From Mobula hypostoma (taxonomy: Eukaryota): a DNA stretch of 64,000 nucleotides. The position numbers were made by a program, and so were the translations under genes. The stretch covers positions 11,284,001 to 11,348,000 of the forward strand of contig NC_086123.1 in assembly GCF_963921235.1 (NCBI RefSeq), read 5' to 3'. This document shows positions 11,335 through 24,435 of the stretch, in pieces. Each line of letters opens with the position of its first letter. The stretch's first letter is position 1. Below the pieces are notes generated by a model. That model made no database searches. It saw only the letters and a list, made by a program, of their open reading frames with translations, and was not told the DNA's origin.

Positions 11335-13620
11335 AAGTCAAAGCCAATATTAAAGTCAAAGAGAGGGCATATAACAGAGCAAAAAATTAGTGAGAAGTTA
11401 GAGGATTGGGAACCTTTTAAAAAGAAGCCAACTAAAAAAGTCATTACGAAGGTAAAGATGGACTACAAAAGTAAGCTAGCCAACAATATTAAAGAGGAAA
11501 CCAAATGTTTTTTCAGAGACATAAAGTGTAAAAAAGAGGTGAAAGGGGATATCAGACTGCTGGAAAACAATGCTGGAGAGGTAGTAATGGGGAACAAGGA
11601 AATGGCAGATGAACTGAATGAGAACTTTGCATCGGTCGTCACTGTGGAAGACACTAGCAGCATGGTGGAAGTTCCCGGTGTCAGGGGTCATGAAATGTGT
11701 GAATTTACCAGAAGTAAAGAGAATGTTCTTGGGAAACTGAAAGGTCTGAAAGCAGATAAGACACCTGGACACAATGGTGTACATCCCAGAGTTCTGAAAG
11801 AGGTGGCTGAAGAGAGTGTGGAGGCATTATTAATGATCTTTCAAGAATTGCTAGATTCTGGAGTGGTTCTGGATGACTGGAAAACTACAAATGTTACTCT
11901 ACTCTTCAAGAGGGTGAGAGGCAGAAGAAAGGAATCCATAGTCCAGTTAGTCTGACCTCAGTGGTTTGCAAGATGTTGGAGTCAATTATTAAGCATGAGG
12001 TCTCAGGTTACTTGGAGGCACATGATAAAAAAAAGGCCATAGTCGGCAAGATTTCCTCAAGGGGAAATCTTGCCTTACAAATCTGTTGGAATTCTTTGAG
12101 GAAATAGCAAGCAACATAGTCAAAGGAGAATTGGTTGATATTGTGCACGTGGATATTGAAATGGAGTTAGCATTCAGTGTTGGAATAAAGTAACAGCTGA
12201 TGACTAACTGCCTTTGATGAATGTTACGTTGTCCAACAAGGTGGCCATACATGAGGCTGCTTAACAAGATACAAACCCATTGTATTACAAGAAAGATTCT
12301 AGCATGGACATAGCATTGGCTGATTGGCCAGAGGCAAGGAGTGTGAATAAAGGGAGCCTCTTCTGGCTGGCTGCTGGTGACAAGTGTTGTTCCACAGGAG
12401 TCTGTGTTGGGACCGTTTCTTTCTACATTATACGTCAACGATTTGGGTGATGGAGTTGATACCTTTGTTGCAAAGTTTGCATTGGATATGAATATAGGTG
12501 GAGGGGCAGGTAGTTTTGAGGAAGAAGAGAGACTACTGAAGAACAGACAGATTAAGAGAATGGGCAAAGAAGTGGCAGATAGAATAGAGTGTTGGGAAGT
12601 GTATAGTCATGCACTTTGGTAGAAGAAATGAAGGGTTAGCTATTTTCTAAATGGAGAGAAAATACAAAAGTCTGAGGCACAAAGGGACTTGGGAGTCCTT
12701 GTGCAGGATTCCCAAAAGATTATTTTGCAGGCTGAGTCTGTGGTGAGGAAGGTAAATGCAATGTTAGCATTCATTTCCAGGGGACTAGAATATAAAAGCA
12801 AGGATGTAATGTTGAGACTTTATAAGGCACTGATGAGGCCTAACTTTGAGAATGGTGAGCAGTTTTGTGTCTCTTAATTTAGAAAGAATGTGCTGGAGCT
12901 GTAGTGGGTTCAAACGAGGTTCACAAAAGTGATTCCAGGATTGAATGGCTTGTCATATGAAGAGTGTTTGATGGCTCTGAGACTGTATTCACTGGAATTC
13001 AGAAGAAATTAAAACCTGTTGAATGGTGAAAGGCCTTGATAGAGTGGATGTGGAGAGGATGTTTCCTATGGTGGGGGTTCTAAGAGCAGAGGATACAGCC
13101 TCAGAATAGAGGGGCATCTTTTTAAAACGGAGATGAGGAGCAACTTCAACATGAGGAAATCTGCAGATGCTGGAACTTCAAGCAACACACATAAAAGTTG
13201 CTGGTGAACACAGAAGGCCAGGCAGCATCTCCAGGAAGAGGTACAGTTGATGTTTCGTCAGGCTGAAGGGTCTCGGCCCGAAGCGTCGACTGTACCTCTT
13301 CCTGGAGATGCTGCCTGGCCTGCTGCGTTCACCAGCAACTTTTATGTGTGTTGCTTGAGGAGAAACTTCTTCAGCCAGAGAGTAGTGAATCTGCGGAAAT
13401 CTTTGCCATAGGCAGCTGTGGAGGCCAGGTCTTTGTGTATATTTAAGGCAGAGGCTGATAGATTCTTGATTGGTCAGGGCATGGAGGGATCCATGGAGAA
13501 GGCAGGAGATTGAGATTGAGAGGAAAACTGGATCAGCCATGATGAATGGTGGAGCAGACTTGATGGGCCAAATGGCCTAATTCTATCCTATATCTTATGG
13601 TCTTATGATCCTATGGTCTT
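11335..13620 (+). mobile_element. 5'-truncated CR1 LINE (~2 kb), frameshifted, with two secondary insertions
   Basis: ORFs 11287..11955, 12377..12622 (SVVPQESVLGP..YVNDL..KFALD, RT motifs) and 12689..12877; (TCTTATGG)n tail. Insertions at 12159-12238 and 13148-13356. Confidence 0.95.
13148..13356. mobile_element. Palindromic PLE-derived insert in CR1
   Basis: ~75-bp near-perfect inverted arms (13178-13255 / ~13280-13356) around a deleted hammerhead core. TSD GAGGAGCAACTTC (13135-13147) / GAGGAGAAACTTC (13357-13369). Confidence 0.9.
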
Positions 13621-14091
13621 GTCTGGCAGATGGGACTCGCTAACTGGGCAACATAGACAGCATGGAAGAGTTGGGCCGAAAAACCTGTTTCTGTGCATGT
13701 TGGTACTTTTAATAATATAAATGGACCTTTATGCACTCTCATGACTCAACCAGACTTTACAGTATTTTACTTGTGCACAAGAACAACGTGGATCCTGTCA
13801 TCACACTGTTCTGAATTCAGAACAGAAAACTGCCATTTTTATACAGAATTGGCAGATCAGTTATAGGTATTGATCATTTAGTAAGGTATGTATGTTTGAA
13901 TTCTTTACTTACAAGAAGAATCACCATTCACAACACAGGTGTTATAAGTCAATAGAAACTATAAACTGACAATTGAAGTTAGTAAAGCAATTGTCTCTTA
14001 GTTGGTTAGTGTGCCTTGGATCGCTAATTTCATCTCGAGAACCCTGTTGCACAAAGGGACTAGGACCCTTCAACGACCTTTTTGTCTGAAA

Positions 14092-14322
14092 GTGAGAGGG
14101 ATGAATCTGTGCAATTCATTACCACAGGTGGCTGTGGAGGCCAAGTCATTGGGTATATTTAAGGCAGAGGTTGATAGATTCTTGATTGGTCAGAGCATGA
14201 AAGATACTGGGAAAAGACAGGAGATTGGGGCTGAGAGGGAAAATGGATCAGCCATGATGAAATGCTGAAGAGACTCGATGGGCTGAATGGCCTAATTCTG
14301 CTCCTCTATCTTTTGGTCTTAA
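14092..14322 (+). mobile_element. CR1 LINE 3' end
   Basis: NLCNSLPQVAVEAKSLGIFKAEVDRFLI, then the GATGGGCTGAATGGCCT stem-loop tail. Confidence 0.9.
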
Positions 14323-16107
14323 TTATATAAGAGTAGAACTAGGAATTCTCCTGAGATCACTGATTCACTGCAGGAAGGAGTGGAACCTATTTTAAGTTGG
14401 GACAGCCATCGCTTTGTATAAATTCATACAAAATATCTTGCAACATAAAATGGCGTCTATGTTTTCTGATGATGTAGTACTGAGAAACTCAAGCATTTAT
14501 TAAGGATTTTGGAGGGATTTGTTCCTGAAAGGGCTTTTTGTTTCTGATTGTTCTGTTTTTAACCTCTGCCAAGAGATTACAGGGTGCTAAATAGTTTCAA
14601 ACAAAACAAAACTTCTTCAATTCATAAAGTGGACAAGTGATAGGTATTACTGGTTGGTCACTGACCCACACTAATATCAAGCAAGTCCAGAAAACTCTTC
14701 ATCTCTCATTCAATCACATAAATGATGCCTGCTGTTATTCTAATCTATTCCTAGGATTTTGTTTGTTTATTTGAAAACTGATATGGTATGAATGATAATT
14801 GTTCATAATCTTTGGCAATAACACCAAAAACACTATCTGTTCAGTTATGACTGAGTTATAAAGAATAAACCATGCCAGTTGTATTCAGTAAAATAAGTGC
14901 ACTTATAATTTTTATATTAAACTGGCATTTTTAATACATAGGGTTGAGTATTATCTAAAATGCAATGTCTGAACCTATTTTTCTGCCAGAGGAATAAAAT
15001 ATTTATTAAACTGAATCACTTTCAAACATTGGAAATTTATGGCATCCACCTTTATTGAGAAGTGCATGGCTGTCTATACCTCCGCCTCCCCCTACACCTC
15101 TTCATTTGCAACCATCCTTCAGAGCCACCTGACTGGCCAAGTTTTAGGCCATCCCTCATAATATATCTTTCCTTGCCCCTTGAGAAGTATTTTGATTTGT
15201 TAAAAGTGTTATGGGCATGCACAGGTGGGCTTGTAATCGAGCCATTATGTGAACTGGCTTTTGTTAGTGGACAGACAGTGACACTTGTGATGTGTTGTTG
15301 ACTCTTGATAGGGACTTAAGTGGGATTGACGTCAATTGAGTTAGTTCAAACCTAAGTTAGATTCCCAATTTCAGTCCCATTCAGAAAGTTACCAGTTTGG
15401 CAGAATGAAATATTTGAAGCTTTGTGAAAAGACTGGCTGCTCCAGCTAGCCACAGGTGCAGCTGAAGGCTGAACATGAAAGATATGGCAAGACTGATTCT
15501 TTGGCTTGTTTCTATGACAACATCATTGTAGTAATAGACAATTTTACCAAGGAAGATCAATAGATGTTATGCTCTGATTTGTATGTTACACTTTCGATTG
15601 AAAACAGGTGTAAAATGCATTCACATATTGTACAATCCAACACTCTGAATTGTACCGTTCAGTTCCATATTGATTAGAATTGATACTGAACCTCATGGTC
15701 TGACTGAGGTGAAATTGTGTTCAACATACTATCGAAACAACAGACCATTGAAGATATATATGTTGGACAATGTAACATTCATCAAAGGCAGTTAGTCATA
15801 GGCTGTTACTTCATTCCAACACTGAATGCTAACTCCATTTGAGGAGGTAAATCAATTTATATGTGACTTTTCCAGCTTCTGTCCTGATCACAGAGGCAGA
15901 ATCAGAATGCAAATCCTGTGGCAATTTAAATGACTTCATGACATACAGTATGATAAGGGTAAATGCAATAAACTTACCTTTCACTGGGACATTACAAATC
16001 ATTGATATGCTAGATTTTAGTTCCTCCTCTTCCAAGTAGGTAGAAATAATGAAGAGAACAAGAAATTGTGCAAGAACCTAGAAAAGATATATCAAAACAG
16101 CCAAATA

Positions 16108-16722
16108 TACACACAGTGGTCACGTTACTAGGTACCTCCTGTTAGCAGGAGCAGGAGCTACTTAATAATGTAGCCTCTGAGTGTATGTTCATTGTCTTCT
16201 GCTGCTGTAGCCCATCCACTTCAAAGTTCAATGTGTTGTGCATTCAGGGATTCTCTTCCACTCACCATTGTTATAGCAGGTTGTTATTTGAGTAACGTTG
16301 CATTCCTGCCAGCTTGAAACAGTCCAGCCATTATCCTCTGAAATAACTCGTTAACAAGGCATCGTCACCCACAGAATTGGAGCTCACTGGATATTTTTTT
16401 CTGTTTTTCTCACTATTCTCTGTAAACTCTGGAGACTGTTGTGCATGAGAATCGCAGGAGATACTGAGATACTGAAGATAATCAAATACTGAAGCTTCTG
16501 AGATGCTGAAACCACCCCGCCTGGCACCAATAATTATTCCACAGCCAAACTCACTTGGATCACATTTCTTCACCATTCTGGTGTTTGGTGTGAACAACAA
16601 CTTAACCTCTTGACCACGTCTGCATGCCTTTATGTATAGATTGTAGCCACATGATAGGTTGTTTAAGTATTTACATTAACGAACAGGTGTATAGGTGTAC
16701 CTAACAAATTGGCCACTGTGTA
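16108..16722 (-). mobile_element. Tc1 non-autonomous derivative, copy 3
   Basis: ORF 16331..16600 MVKKCDPSEFGCGIIIGARRGGFSISE; TIRs at 16108, ~16160-16185 and ~16695-16722. Confidence 0.88.
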
Positions 16723-17707
16723 TGTGTGTGTATATATATATATATCCTGTGACCTAGCAACAAATCAGTTCATTGCATGCAATATACTGTACACGTGAAA
16801 GACAATCAGCGTATTACTTTGCTGTTGTCTCAACACCAGCTTCTTTTGCTGAATTCACTACACCTTGGTGGAATTTGCCAAGATAAGGAAGAGTTCTGAG
16901 TAATCCTATTAGCACGAACCATACCTGCAAATCAGCCCCAATACAAAGTGCATCGCTTTAACACTGCAAATGGCAGCAAGTTTGCCAAGCATTATCAATG
17001 ATTTTCTAATGTCCAGATGAATTTATTATTTCCAATCCTCCCTGCTCCTTCATTGAGGCAATCCTTAGTGATTTTGTTTCACTAAATGTGAAATAATCTA
17101 TCATTTAGTTTATAGAGATTCATGGGCACAAACACATATTACAAGTTCTCAGAACACTCAGAGAATAAGGAAATATTAAGGCACTGTCTACAGCAACACA
17201 ACTTCAATTTAAATTCTTTCCTTAATTATTAACAGATTTTTTGTTTTGTTTTGCCCTTTGCAGTGGCCACAATTTTGTTCATCATTGATTTCAGTTGCTA
17301 AAGTTTTGGAAACTTTAGTCTTTGGCCTAAGGTTAGAATTCTCTTCTTAAAACTCCCTGTTCTTTTATTTCCCTTTTTTATGATATTCCTATCACTTTGT
17401 CCAAGCTTTTTACCAGCTGTCCGAACATCATCATAACCGGCTCAAAGTAAAGTTCTGCTGATCTTGCTCCTGTAAAGCACCTTTGGATATTTTACCATGT
17501 TTTCTTGTTGACAGGCTGTCCTACAGGATTGATAATCGTTGGCTTGCTGTCCAGTTCCGAGGAGTGTAAGATGCTTGAAAGTGAATGTTTCTAATTCTGC
17601 TCACCTTTTCCTGTCAGGGTTTTAATTGAGCAAGCTTAAGGATGTCCATGAAGAGTGGTTCTATATAACGTAACACATCAAGCACATCAACAAGGAGTGC
17701 TGCCACA

Positions 17708-18547
17708 AGTCATAGTCATAGTCATAGTCATACTTTATTGATCCCGGGGGAAATTGGTTTTCATTACAGTTGCACCATAAATAATTAAATAGTAATAAAA
17801 CCATAAATAATTAAATAGTAATATGTAAATTATGAAATAAGTCCAGGACCAGCCTATTGGCTCAGGGTGTCTGACCCTCCACAGGAGGAGTTGTAAAGTT
17901 TGATGGCCACAGGCGGGAATGACTTCCTGTGATGCTCTGTGTTGCATCTCAGTGGAATGAGTCTCTGGCTGAATGTACTCCTGTGCCCACCCAGTACATT
18001 ATGTAGTGGATGGGAGGCATTGTCCAAGATGGCATGCAACTTAGACAGCATCCTCTTTTCAGACACCACCGTCAGAGAGTCCAGTTCTATCCCCACAATG
18101 TCACTGGCCTTACGGATGAGTTTGTTGATTCTGTTGGTGTCTGCTACCCTCAGCCTGCTGCCCCAGCACACAACAGCAAACATGATAGCACTGACCACCA
18201 CAGACTCGTAGAACATCCTCAGCATCGTCCGGCAGATGGTAAAGGACCTCAGTCTCCTCAGGAAATAGAGGCGGTACTGACCCTTCTTGTAGACAGCCTC
18301 AGTGTTCTTTGACCAGTCCAGTTTATTGTCAACTCGTATCCCCAGGTATTTGTAATCCTCCACCATGTCCACACTGACCCCCTGGATGGAAACAGGGGTC
18401 ACCGGTACCTTAGTTCTCCTCAGGTCTACCACCAGCTCCTTAGTCTTTTTCACATTAAGCTGCAGATAATTCTGCTCACACCATGTGACAAAGTTTCCGA
18501 CCGTAGCCCTGTACTCAGCCTCATCTCCCTTGCTGATGCATCCATTC
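17708..18547 (-). mobile_element. 5'-truncated Rex1/Babar-type LINE, uninterrupted ORF (young)
   Basis: ORF 17854..18552 [55 protein letters not shown]; (ATGACT)n tail. Confidence 0.95.
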
Positions 18548-18615
18548 ATCATTCCTCATTTAGAAAGCAACATTCATCATTAAGGACTTCCAACATCCAG
18601 GCCATGCTCTCTTTT

Positions 18616-19424
18616 CAAGTTAAGTCAAGTTTATTGTCATTTCGACCATAAGCTGCTGGTACAGTACACAGTAAAAATGAAACAACGTTCCTCCAGGACC
18701 GTAGTGGTACATGAAGCAACTCAGAACTATACTAGACTATGTGAGACAGCACAAGGCTATGCTAGACTACATAAAACAAACATAAAAACTGCACTAGACT
18801 GCAAACCTGCACAGGACTACATAGAGTGCACAAAACAGTGCAGGGCAGTACAATAATTAATAAACACGACAAGAGGCACAGTAGAGGACAAATTACAATA
18901 TAATAATAAATGATGTAGGTGTCAGTCTCGACTCTGAATATTGAAGAGTCTGATGGCTTGGAGGAAGAAACTGTTGCACAGTCTGGTCGTGAGAGCCCGA
19001 ATGCTTCGGTGCCTTTTTCCAGATGGCAGGAGGGAGAAGAGTTTGTATGAGAGATGCGTGGGGTCCTTCATAATGCTGTTTGCTTCACGGATGCAGCGTG
19101 TGGTGTAAATGTCTGTAATAGCAGGAAGAGAGACCCCGATGATCTTCTCAGCTGACCTCACCATCCGCTGCAGGGTCTTGCGATCCGAGACGGTGCAATT
19201 CCCGAACGAGGCATTGATGCAGCTGCTCAGGATGCTCTCAATACAACCTCTGTAGAATGTGGTGAGGATGGGGGGGTGAGAGATGGACTTTTCTCAGCCT
19301 TCACAGAAAGTAGAGACGCTGCTGGGCTTTCTCGGCTATGGAGCTGGTGTTGAGGGACCAGGTGAGATTCTTTGCCAGGTGGACACCAAGAAATTTGGTG
19401 CTCTTAATGATCTCAACCGAGGAG
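18616..19424 (-). mobile_element. Rex1-type LINE 3' fragment inserted into another LINE tail
   Basis: ORF 18922..19164; (GACTT)n tail; same subfamily as 36528-37322. The host tail runs 18565-18615 and resumes at 19426. Confidence 0.92.
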
Positions 19425-19425
19425 A

Positions 19426-19808
19426 TCGTTCCCATTGTTGCCATTGGGAAGCAGGTACAGGACCCTAAAGTCTCGCATCATCAGGTTTAGGAACAGTTAT
19501 TACCTTTCTCCTGAACCAATGTGGATAACTTCATTCATCTTAACACTGAACTGGTCCCAAAACCTATGGGCTCACTTTCAAGGACTCTGCAACTCATGTG
19601 CTCAGCGTCATTTATTTATTTATTTATTTTGTATTATTCTTTGTCTTCTTTTGTGCATTGGTTGTCTGCCAGTCTACTTGTGTATAGATTTTCATTATTC
19701 TATTGTATTATTTTGCTCTACTGTGGATGCCTGCAAGAAAATTAATCTTGGGGTAGTAAATGGTGGCAAATATGTACTTGGATAATAAATCAGCTTTAAA
19801 CTTTGAAC
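19426..19808 (+). mobile_element. Rex1-type LINE 3' end (host of 18616-19424)
   Basis: LPLGSRYRTLKSRIIRFRNSY, then the shared 3' UTR and CTTTGAA tail. Confidence 0.8.
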
Positions 19809-20507
19809 ACATATATATCAGCTATCTACCCATGCATGTATGCACATACACTCTTGCCCCTCCCCAATCTCAGCTGCACTTCACTGCTTCCTGCAGCCTC
19901 ACCAGACGTTATACTCTCTCCCTCTCTGGCCCTCACTTCACACATGCTCCCTCTTTGCCAGAGGTGACTACGTTTTAGGTGGAACATAAAAGCAGGTTGT
20001 TATTAATGTGTGGACATTGGTCTACAAATCTCCCTGATCCACCCACATCGATCAAGGCTGTGCTGAACGCTAATGTTTGAAGAGGAATTCTCCCTGTCAC
20101 ATACTCCTGCCTTTGGCCTTGGCCAATTTCCAGAGATTAAGGTAATGGGAATAAATGTGACAGGTCCCCAGCGCTGCCTGCCTTGTGGCTAGCTTAAACC
20201 CCTCTGCTGGGAGGAATCACATGCAGGGACAGATCCTTTGTCGCAATGGCTGGCAGCAACAGCAGTAGATTTAGAACGGCAAAAAAAATACAGCTTTCTA
20301 ATAATCTTCCAGTTTGATACATTTGCACATTCTGATATTTAGTGCACTAGATAAGATGGTACTTTAATTCTTTAAGGATAAAGGATCAACGTTATTTGCC
20401 ATATACATTAACATGTATTAGGAATTTGCTGTGGTGTATTGGCATGACATGAAACAAAAGGCAATAACATTCAATAATCATAAAGTACAATAAATTATTT
20501 TGAAATT

Positions 20508-21059
20508 CAGTCAGTGGCCACCTCCTAGGTACCTCCTGTACCTAATAAAGTGGCCACTGAGTGTATGTTCATGGTCTTCTGCTGCTGTAGCCCAACCACT
20601 TCAAGGTTTACCATGCTGTGCATTCAGAGATGCTTTTCTGCACACCACTGTTGTAACGTGTCATTTGAGGTACTGTCATCTTCCTGTCAGTTTGAACCAT
20701 TCTCCTCTGACCTCCCTTGTTAACAAGGCCTTTTCACTCACGAAGTTGCCACTCAATGGATGTTTTCTCACTTTTTGTACTATTCACTGTAACTCTAGAG
20801 GTTGCTGTGCCTGATAATCCCAGGAGTTCATCAGTTTCTCAAATACTCAAACCGCCCCATCTGGCACCACAATCGTACTATGGTCAAAGTCACATATTAT
20901 ATTTTATTTCCCATTCTGATGTTTGGTCTGAACAACAACTGAACCTCCTGACAATGTCTGCACGCTTTTATGCATTGAGTTGCTGCCACATGTTTGGCTA
21001 ATTATATATTTGCACAACCAGATACACAGGTGTACCCAATAAAGTGCCCACTGAGTGTA
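20508..21059 (-). mobile_element. Tc1 non-autonomous derivative, copy 4 (inside a LINE tail, ~20380-21320)
   Basis: TIRs GTACCTAATAAAGTGGCCACTGAGTG-TA at 20538-20565 and 21032-21059, plus an opposing TIR at 20508; antisense transposase HTH region. Confidence 0.9.
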
Positions 21060-22218
21060 AAGCTAGAAGAACAAATATGGAATGAATGTGCAAAAATACA
21101 TGAAGATTAGTATGTATTTACAATGTAAACAGCATTATAAGAAGTGGTTTAAAGTGTTTACAGCGCAGAGCGGTGACTGAGGAAATCAATACGGGGGGGG
21201 AGGGGGGACTAACTAGAACGGTTGATCAGATTTACCACCTAGGGGAAGAAACTTGTAAGATGGCATGAAATTTTAAATTTAATAGTGCTTTACAGAAGGG
21301 AGCATTTGGAAAGGGCACTCATTGCATATCATATAATACAGGATGATAATAACGTTCTGTGCTCCGATCACCCAGCATTGCTAAAGCAGAGATTGCAGAG
21401 TTATTCTGAGTATATCTGTTTCCTGGAAAACATTACTTTTTAAATGCCTGTTCATGTTTAGGTCAAAGCAGTGCCTATTCTCCTGCGGGCAGTGATGCCT
21501 GCTGGGATGGAATCAGTAGATTAGCTCTCCTGATTGAACTTCCTCTCTTGCATGCTACCTGTGTATAACATACGTTCAGAAATGAAGAAGAAAAGTAATG
21601 CTGACATGTTCTGGAAGGCAGCAGCAGAGTACATCGAACATAAAACAGTACAACACAGTGCAGACCTTTCAGTCTACAATGTTGAGCTTTTAACCTAACT
21701 CGAGATCAACCTAACCCTTCCTCCCACACAACCCTCCATTTTTCTTTCATCCATGTCTCTATCTAAGAGTCTCTTAAATATCCCGAATGCATCTGCTTCT
21801 CGCACCACCCCTGGCAGCACATTTCAGGGACCCAAAACTCTCTGTGTAAAACAAACTTACCTCTGACATCCCTCCTATACTTTCCTCCAATCACCCGAAA
21901 ATTACACTCCCTCGTATTAGCAATTTCTGCCCTGGAAACAAGTCTCTGGCTGTTCCATCTACCTATGCCTCTTATCATCTGGTATACACCTTATCAAGTC
22001 ATCTCTCATCCTTCTTTGCTCCAAAGAGAGTAGCCCTGGCTTTCTCAACCTATCCTCATAAACATGCTCTCTAATCTAGGCAGCCAGGTAAACCTCCTCT
22101 GCATCCTCTCTAAAACGTCCACATCTTTCCAATAATGTGATGATTAGAACTGAGTACAATACTCCAAGTGTGGTGTAAGCAGAGAGTTTGGAGCTGCAGT
22201 ATCGCATCATAACTCTTA

Positions 22219-22668
22219 AGGCAGATTTATACTTGTGTGTCAAATGTACACCATAGGTATCGTGTACCCTATGCTGTAGGGTGAGACGCTCCTCCCCAAA
22301 AATGTAACTCAGGCGATTGGTCCACTTGGCGGCATTGCATTTCCTCATATGCATTTCCGGTTGCTTTCCTCCACCATGTCTGTACACTGATGCAAAATAA
22401 ATGGTTGGAGACGATGAACCAAATTGTCAAATCTACCTGCCGACGTCCGAAAATATTTGAAATGCATTTCCTCGTCCATGTCTGTCACAAAGAAACTCAA
22501 CACAGTGGCATAGAAACCCTACCGCCAACTAGCGTTTTGGTGGTGAATTGCAGAGCGACGCAGACACAACAACGCATGCTCGCTACGACATAGGGCTACG
22601 CAAAAGTATAAATCAGGCCTATGGCGTGAGCTACGGCGTAGCCCGTATGCACAAGTATAAATCAGCCT
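22219..22668. mobile_element. PIF/Harbinger-like MITE
   Basis: TIRs AGGCAGATTTATACTTGTG / CACAAGTATAAATCAGCCT; 3-bp TSD TTA at 22216-22218 and 22669-22671. Confidence 0.85.
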
Positions 22669-22772
22669 TTAAACTTAGGACCCTGACTAATGAAGGCTAA
22701 CACTACATTCTCCTTCTTAGCTGCCCTATCAACTTGTGCAACAAATTTAAGGGATTTATGAAAGTGGACCCC

Positions 22773-23617
22773 AAGATTCAAAGATTCAATGATTCAAAAT
22801 ACACTTATTATCAAGAATGTATAAATTATACACCTTGATATTTGTTTGCCTACAGACAGCTACACAGCAAGAAACCTGAAGACCCCATTTAAAAAAAAAG
22901 GAAGAGTAACCACTATGTTGAGAAAGAGAAAAAAAAACACATATCATGGAAGCAATTGAAGCAGACTAAGGAATTCTGAACTAGACTGAGTTCTTAGGTC
23001 TGCTTCCAGGAGCAGTCAGAGTCGGCCCAAGCCTCTATTTCAGTTCATCACGTTAGCGGGGCAAAAATGCCACAACACTTTCAGAGAGGACAGCCTTGGT
23101 GCTGCAGACAGAGGAACAAACATCGCTGGAGAGCAAGTGATATCAACCTGGCTCTCGCCTCTGGTCCCAACACTCAGGCTTTCCAGTTTAACTGGTGCTT
23201 GAATTGTCCAAGCACCAGGTGGTGCCTCGCTCTAGGACCTGGATCCCGGCTCAGCAGCACACTTGGGCCGCACAACCCAAAGCCGTTCTCCATCTCACCA
23301 GTGCTTGGAGCGATCCAAACTTGCACCAGGGTTAGGTGGACCAGTATCAACTCTTCCGCATCGACTCTTCTCCAAATCGCTCACTCCAACCCCAACAACT
23401 ATACCATCTGTGACTTCATCTTGAACACCTCGCGCCTCAGCTTTGCGTTGCACCCGCACAGCCCATCCTTCGAGCCAGCTTCACGCTTGATTCTTCGTTG
23501 TTTGCGGAGATAGTTTACCACAATTTACTTCAGAAAAGGTGCCATCAGTAATCACCTCGTCAAATTTCTTGTCTTTTGAACTACCAGTGAGCTGTTGTAC
23601 CATCGTAAACTGGAAGT
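22773..23617 (-). mobile_element. Non-autonomous retroelement with Rex-type tail
   Basis: (TTGAATC)n-type tail and TTGATAATAAGTGTATTTTGAATC at the 22773 end, GC-rich body, 5' end CTTCCAGTTTACGATGG; no RT ORF. Confidence 0.65.
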
Positions 23618-24319
23618 TATTAATGACTTCTGACATCCTTCTGTTCGTCCACGCTACTAAGAATCCTACCATTAACTTGAACTCTGCCTTCATGTTGAAC
23701 GTTTCAAAATGTATCACTTTATACTTGTCCAGGTTGAACTGCATCTGCCACTGCTCAGCCCAGCTCTGCATTCTATCAATGTTCCCTTGTAACGTATGAC
23801 AACCATGGAACAATTTGGATCCAATGAGTCACCAAGAGGAAGATTCTTGTTTTATAGATGTTGCAAAATGCTCAAAGGTTCTGTTAGCTATGATGTATGA
23901 AGAGCGTGCCTCAAACTTACCTCTAGTAATTCTAGAACTGCCCAGTACTATAGGGGGCCAGACCTCTAAAATATCAGCAGGGTCAAAGAAAGGTAGAATT
24001 TCACTATTGCCATTGGCAGCTGGAAGAACCCTGCCCTCATCTGCGCAGTTTGGAGAACGCAAGTTAAGGCTGGAGCAGCGGCTTCAGTCACCAGAGATAC
24101 CAAACTGAGGCCTGTGGCTAAGCAATTCTATCATGTCTGCTTTCATTTGTTAAGATGATGGATGGTTTTCATTAGAATAAAACCTCAAAAAACAGCATGT
24201 CAGATCTTCAGACCGCCGCACATTTGTATAAATTGTAATAAAGTGACAATAAAAGCTACAGAGCTGAAAACAAAATGGAAGGAATTCGAGCATTTTAAAG
24301 TCAAAGCTCTCAAGTGCAG

Positions 24320-24435
24320 TTCACCCAAAACATTGACGGTCAATTTTCCTACACAGATGATGCCAGACCAGCTCAGTTCCAACAGCTGCTAGTTCCTCCA
24401 CTCCAGGTTCGAGGATCTGCAGCCTCTTATGTGTG
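24320..24435 (+). mobile_element. Degenerate PLE terminal-repeat relic
   Basis: CCCAAAACATTGAC..CAGATGATGCCAGACCAGCTCAGTTCC..ATCTGCAG..CTCTT.TGTGT is colinear with the 6255/59419 unit. Confidence 0.55.

Larger units (their letters stand above)
21635..23805 (-). mobile_element. CR1 LINE split into three pieces (21635-22215, 22672-22772, ~23620-23805)
   Basis: ORFs 21763..21978 (MIRGI...SQRL..R..FRVIGGKYRRDVRGKF) and 23481..23813 (LQGNIDRMQSWAEQWQMQFN.DK.KVIHF); interrupted by a MITE and a non-autonomous retroelement. Confidence 0.88.

Noticed and set aside
23815-24108. Overlapping antisense ORFs of 97 and 77 aa
   Set aside because: No recognisable motif or splice context; within the length expected by chance.
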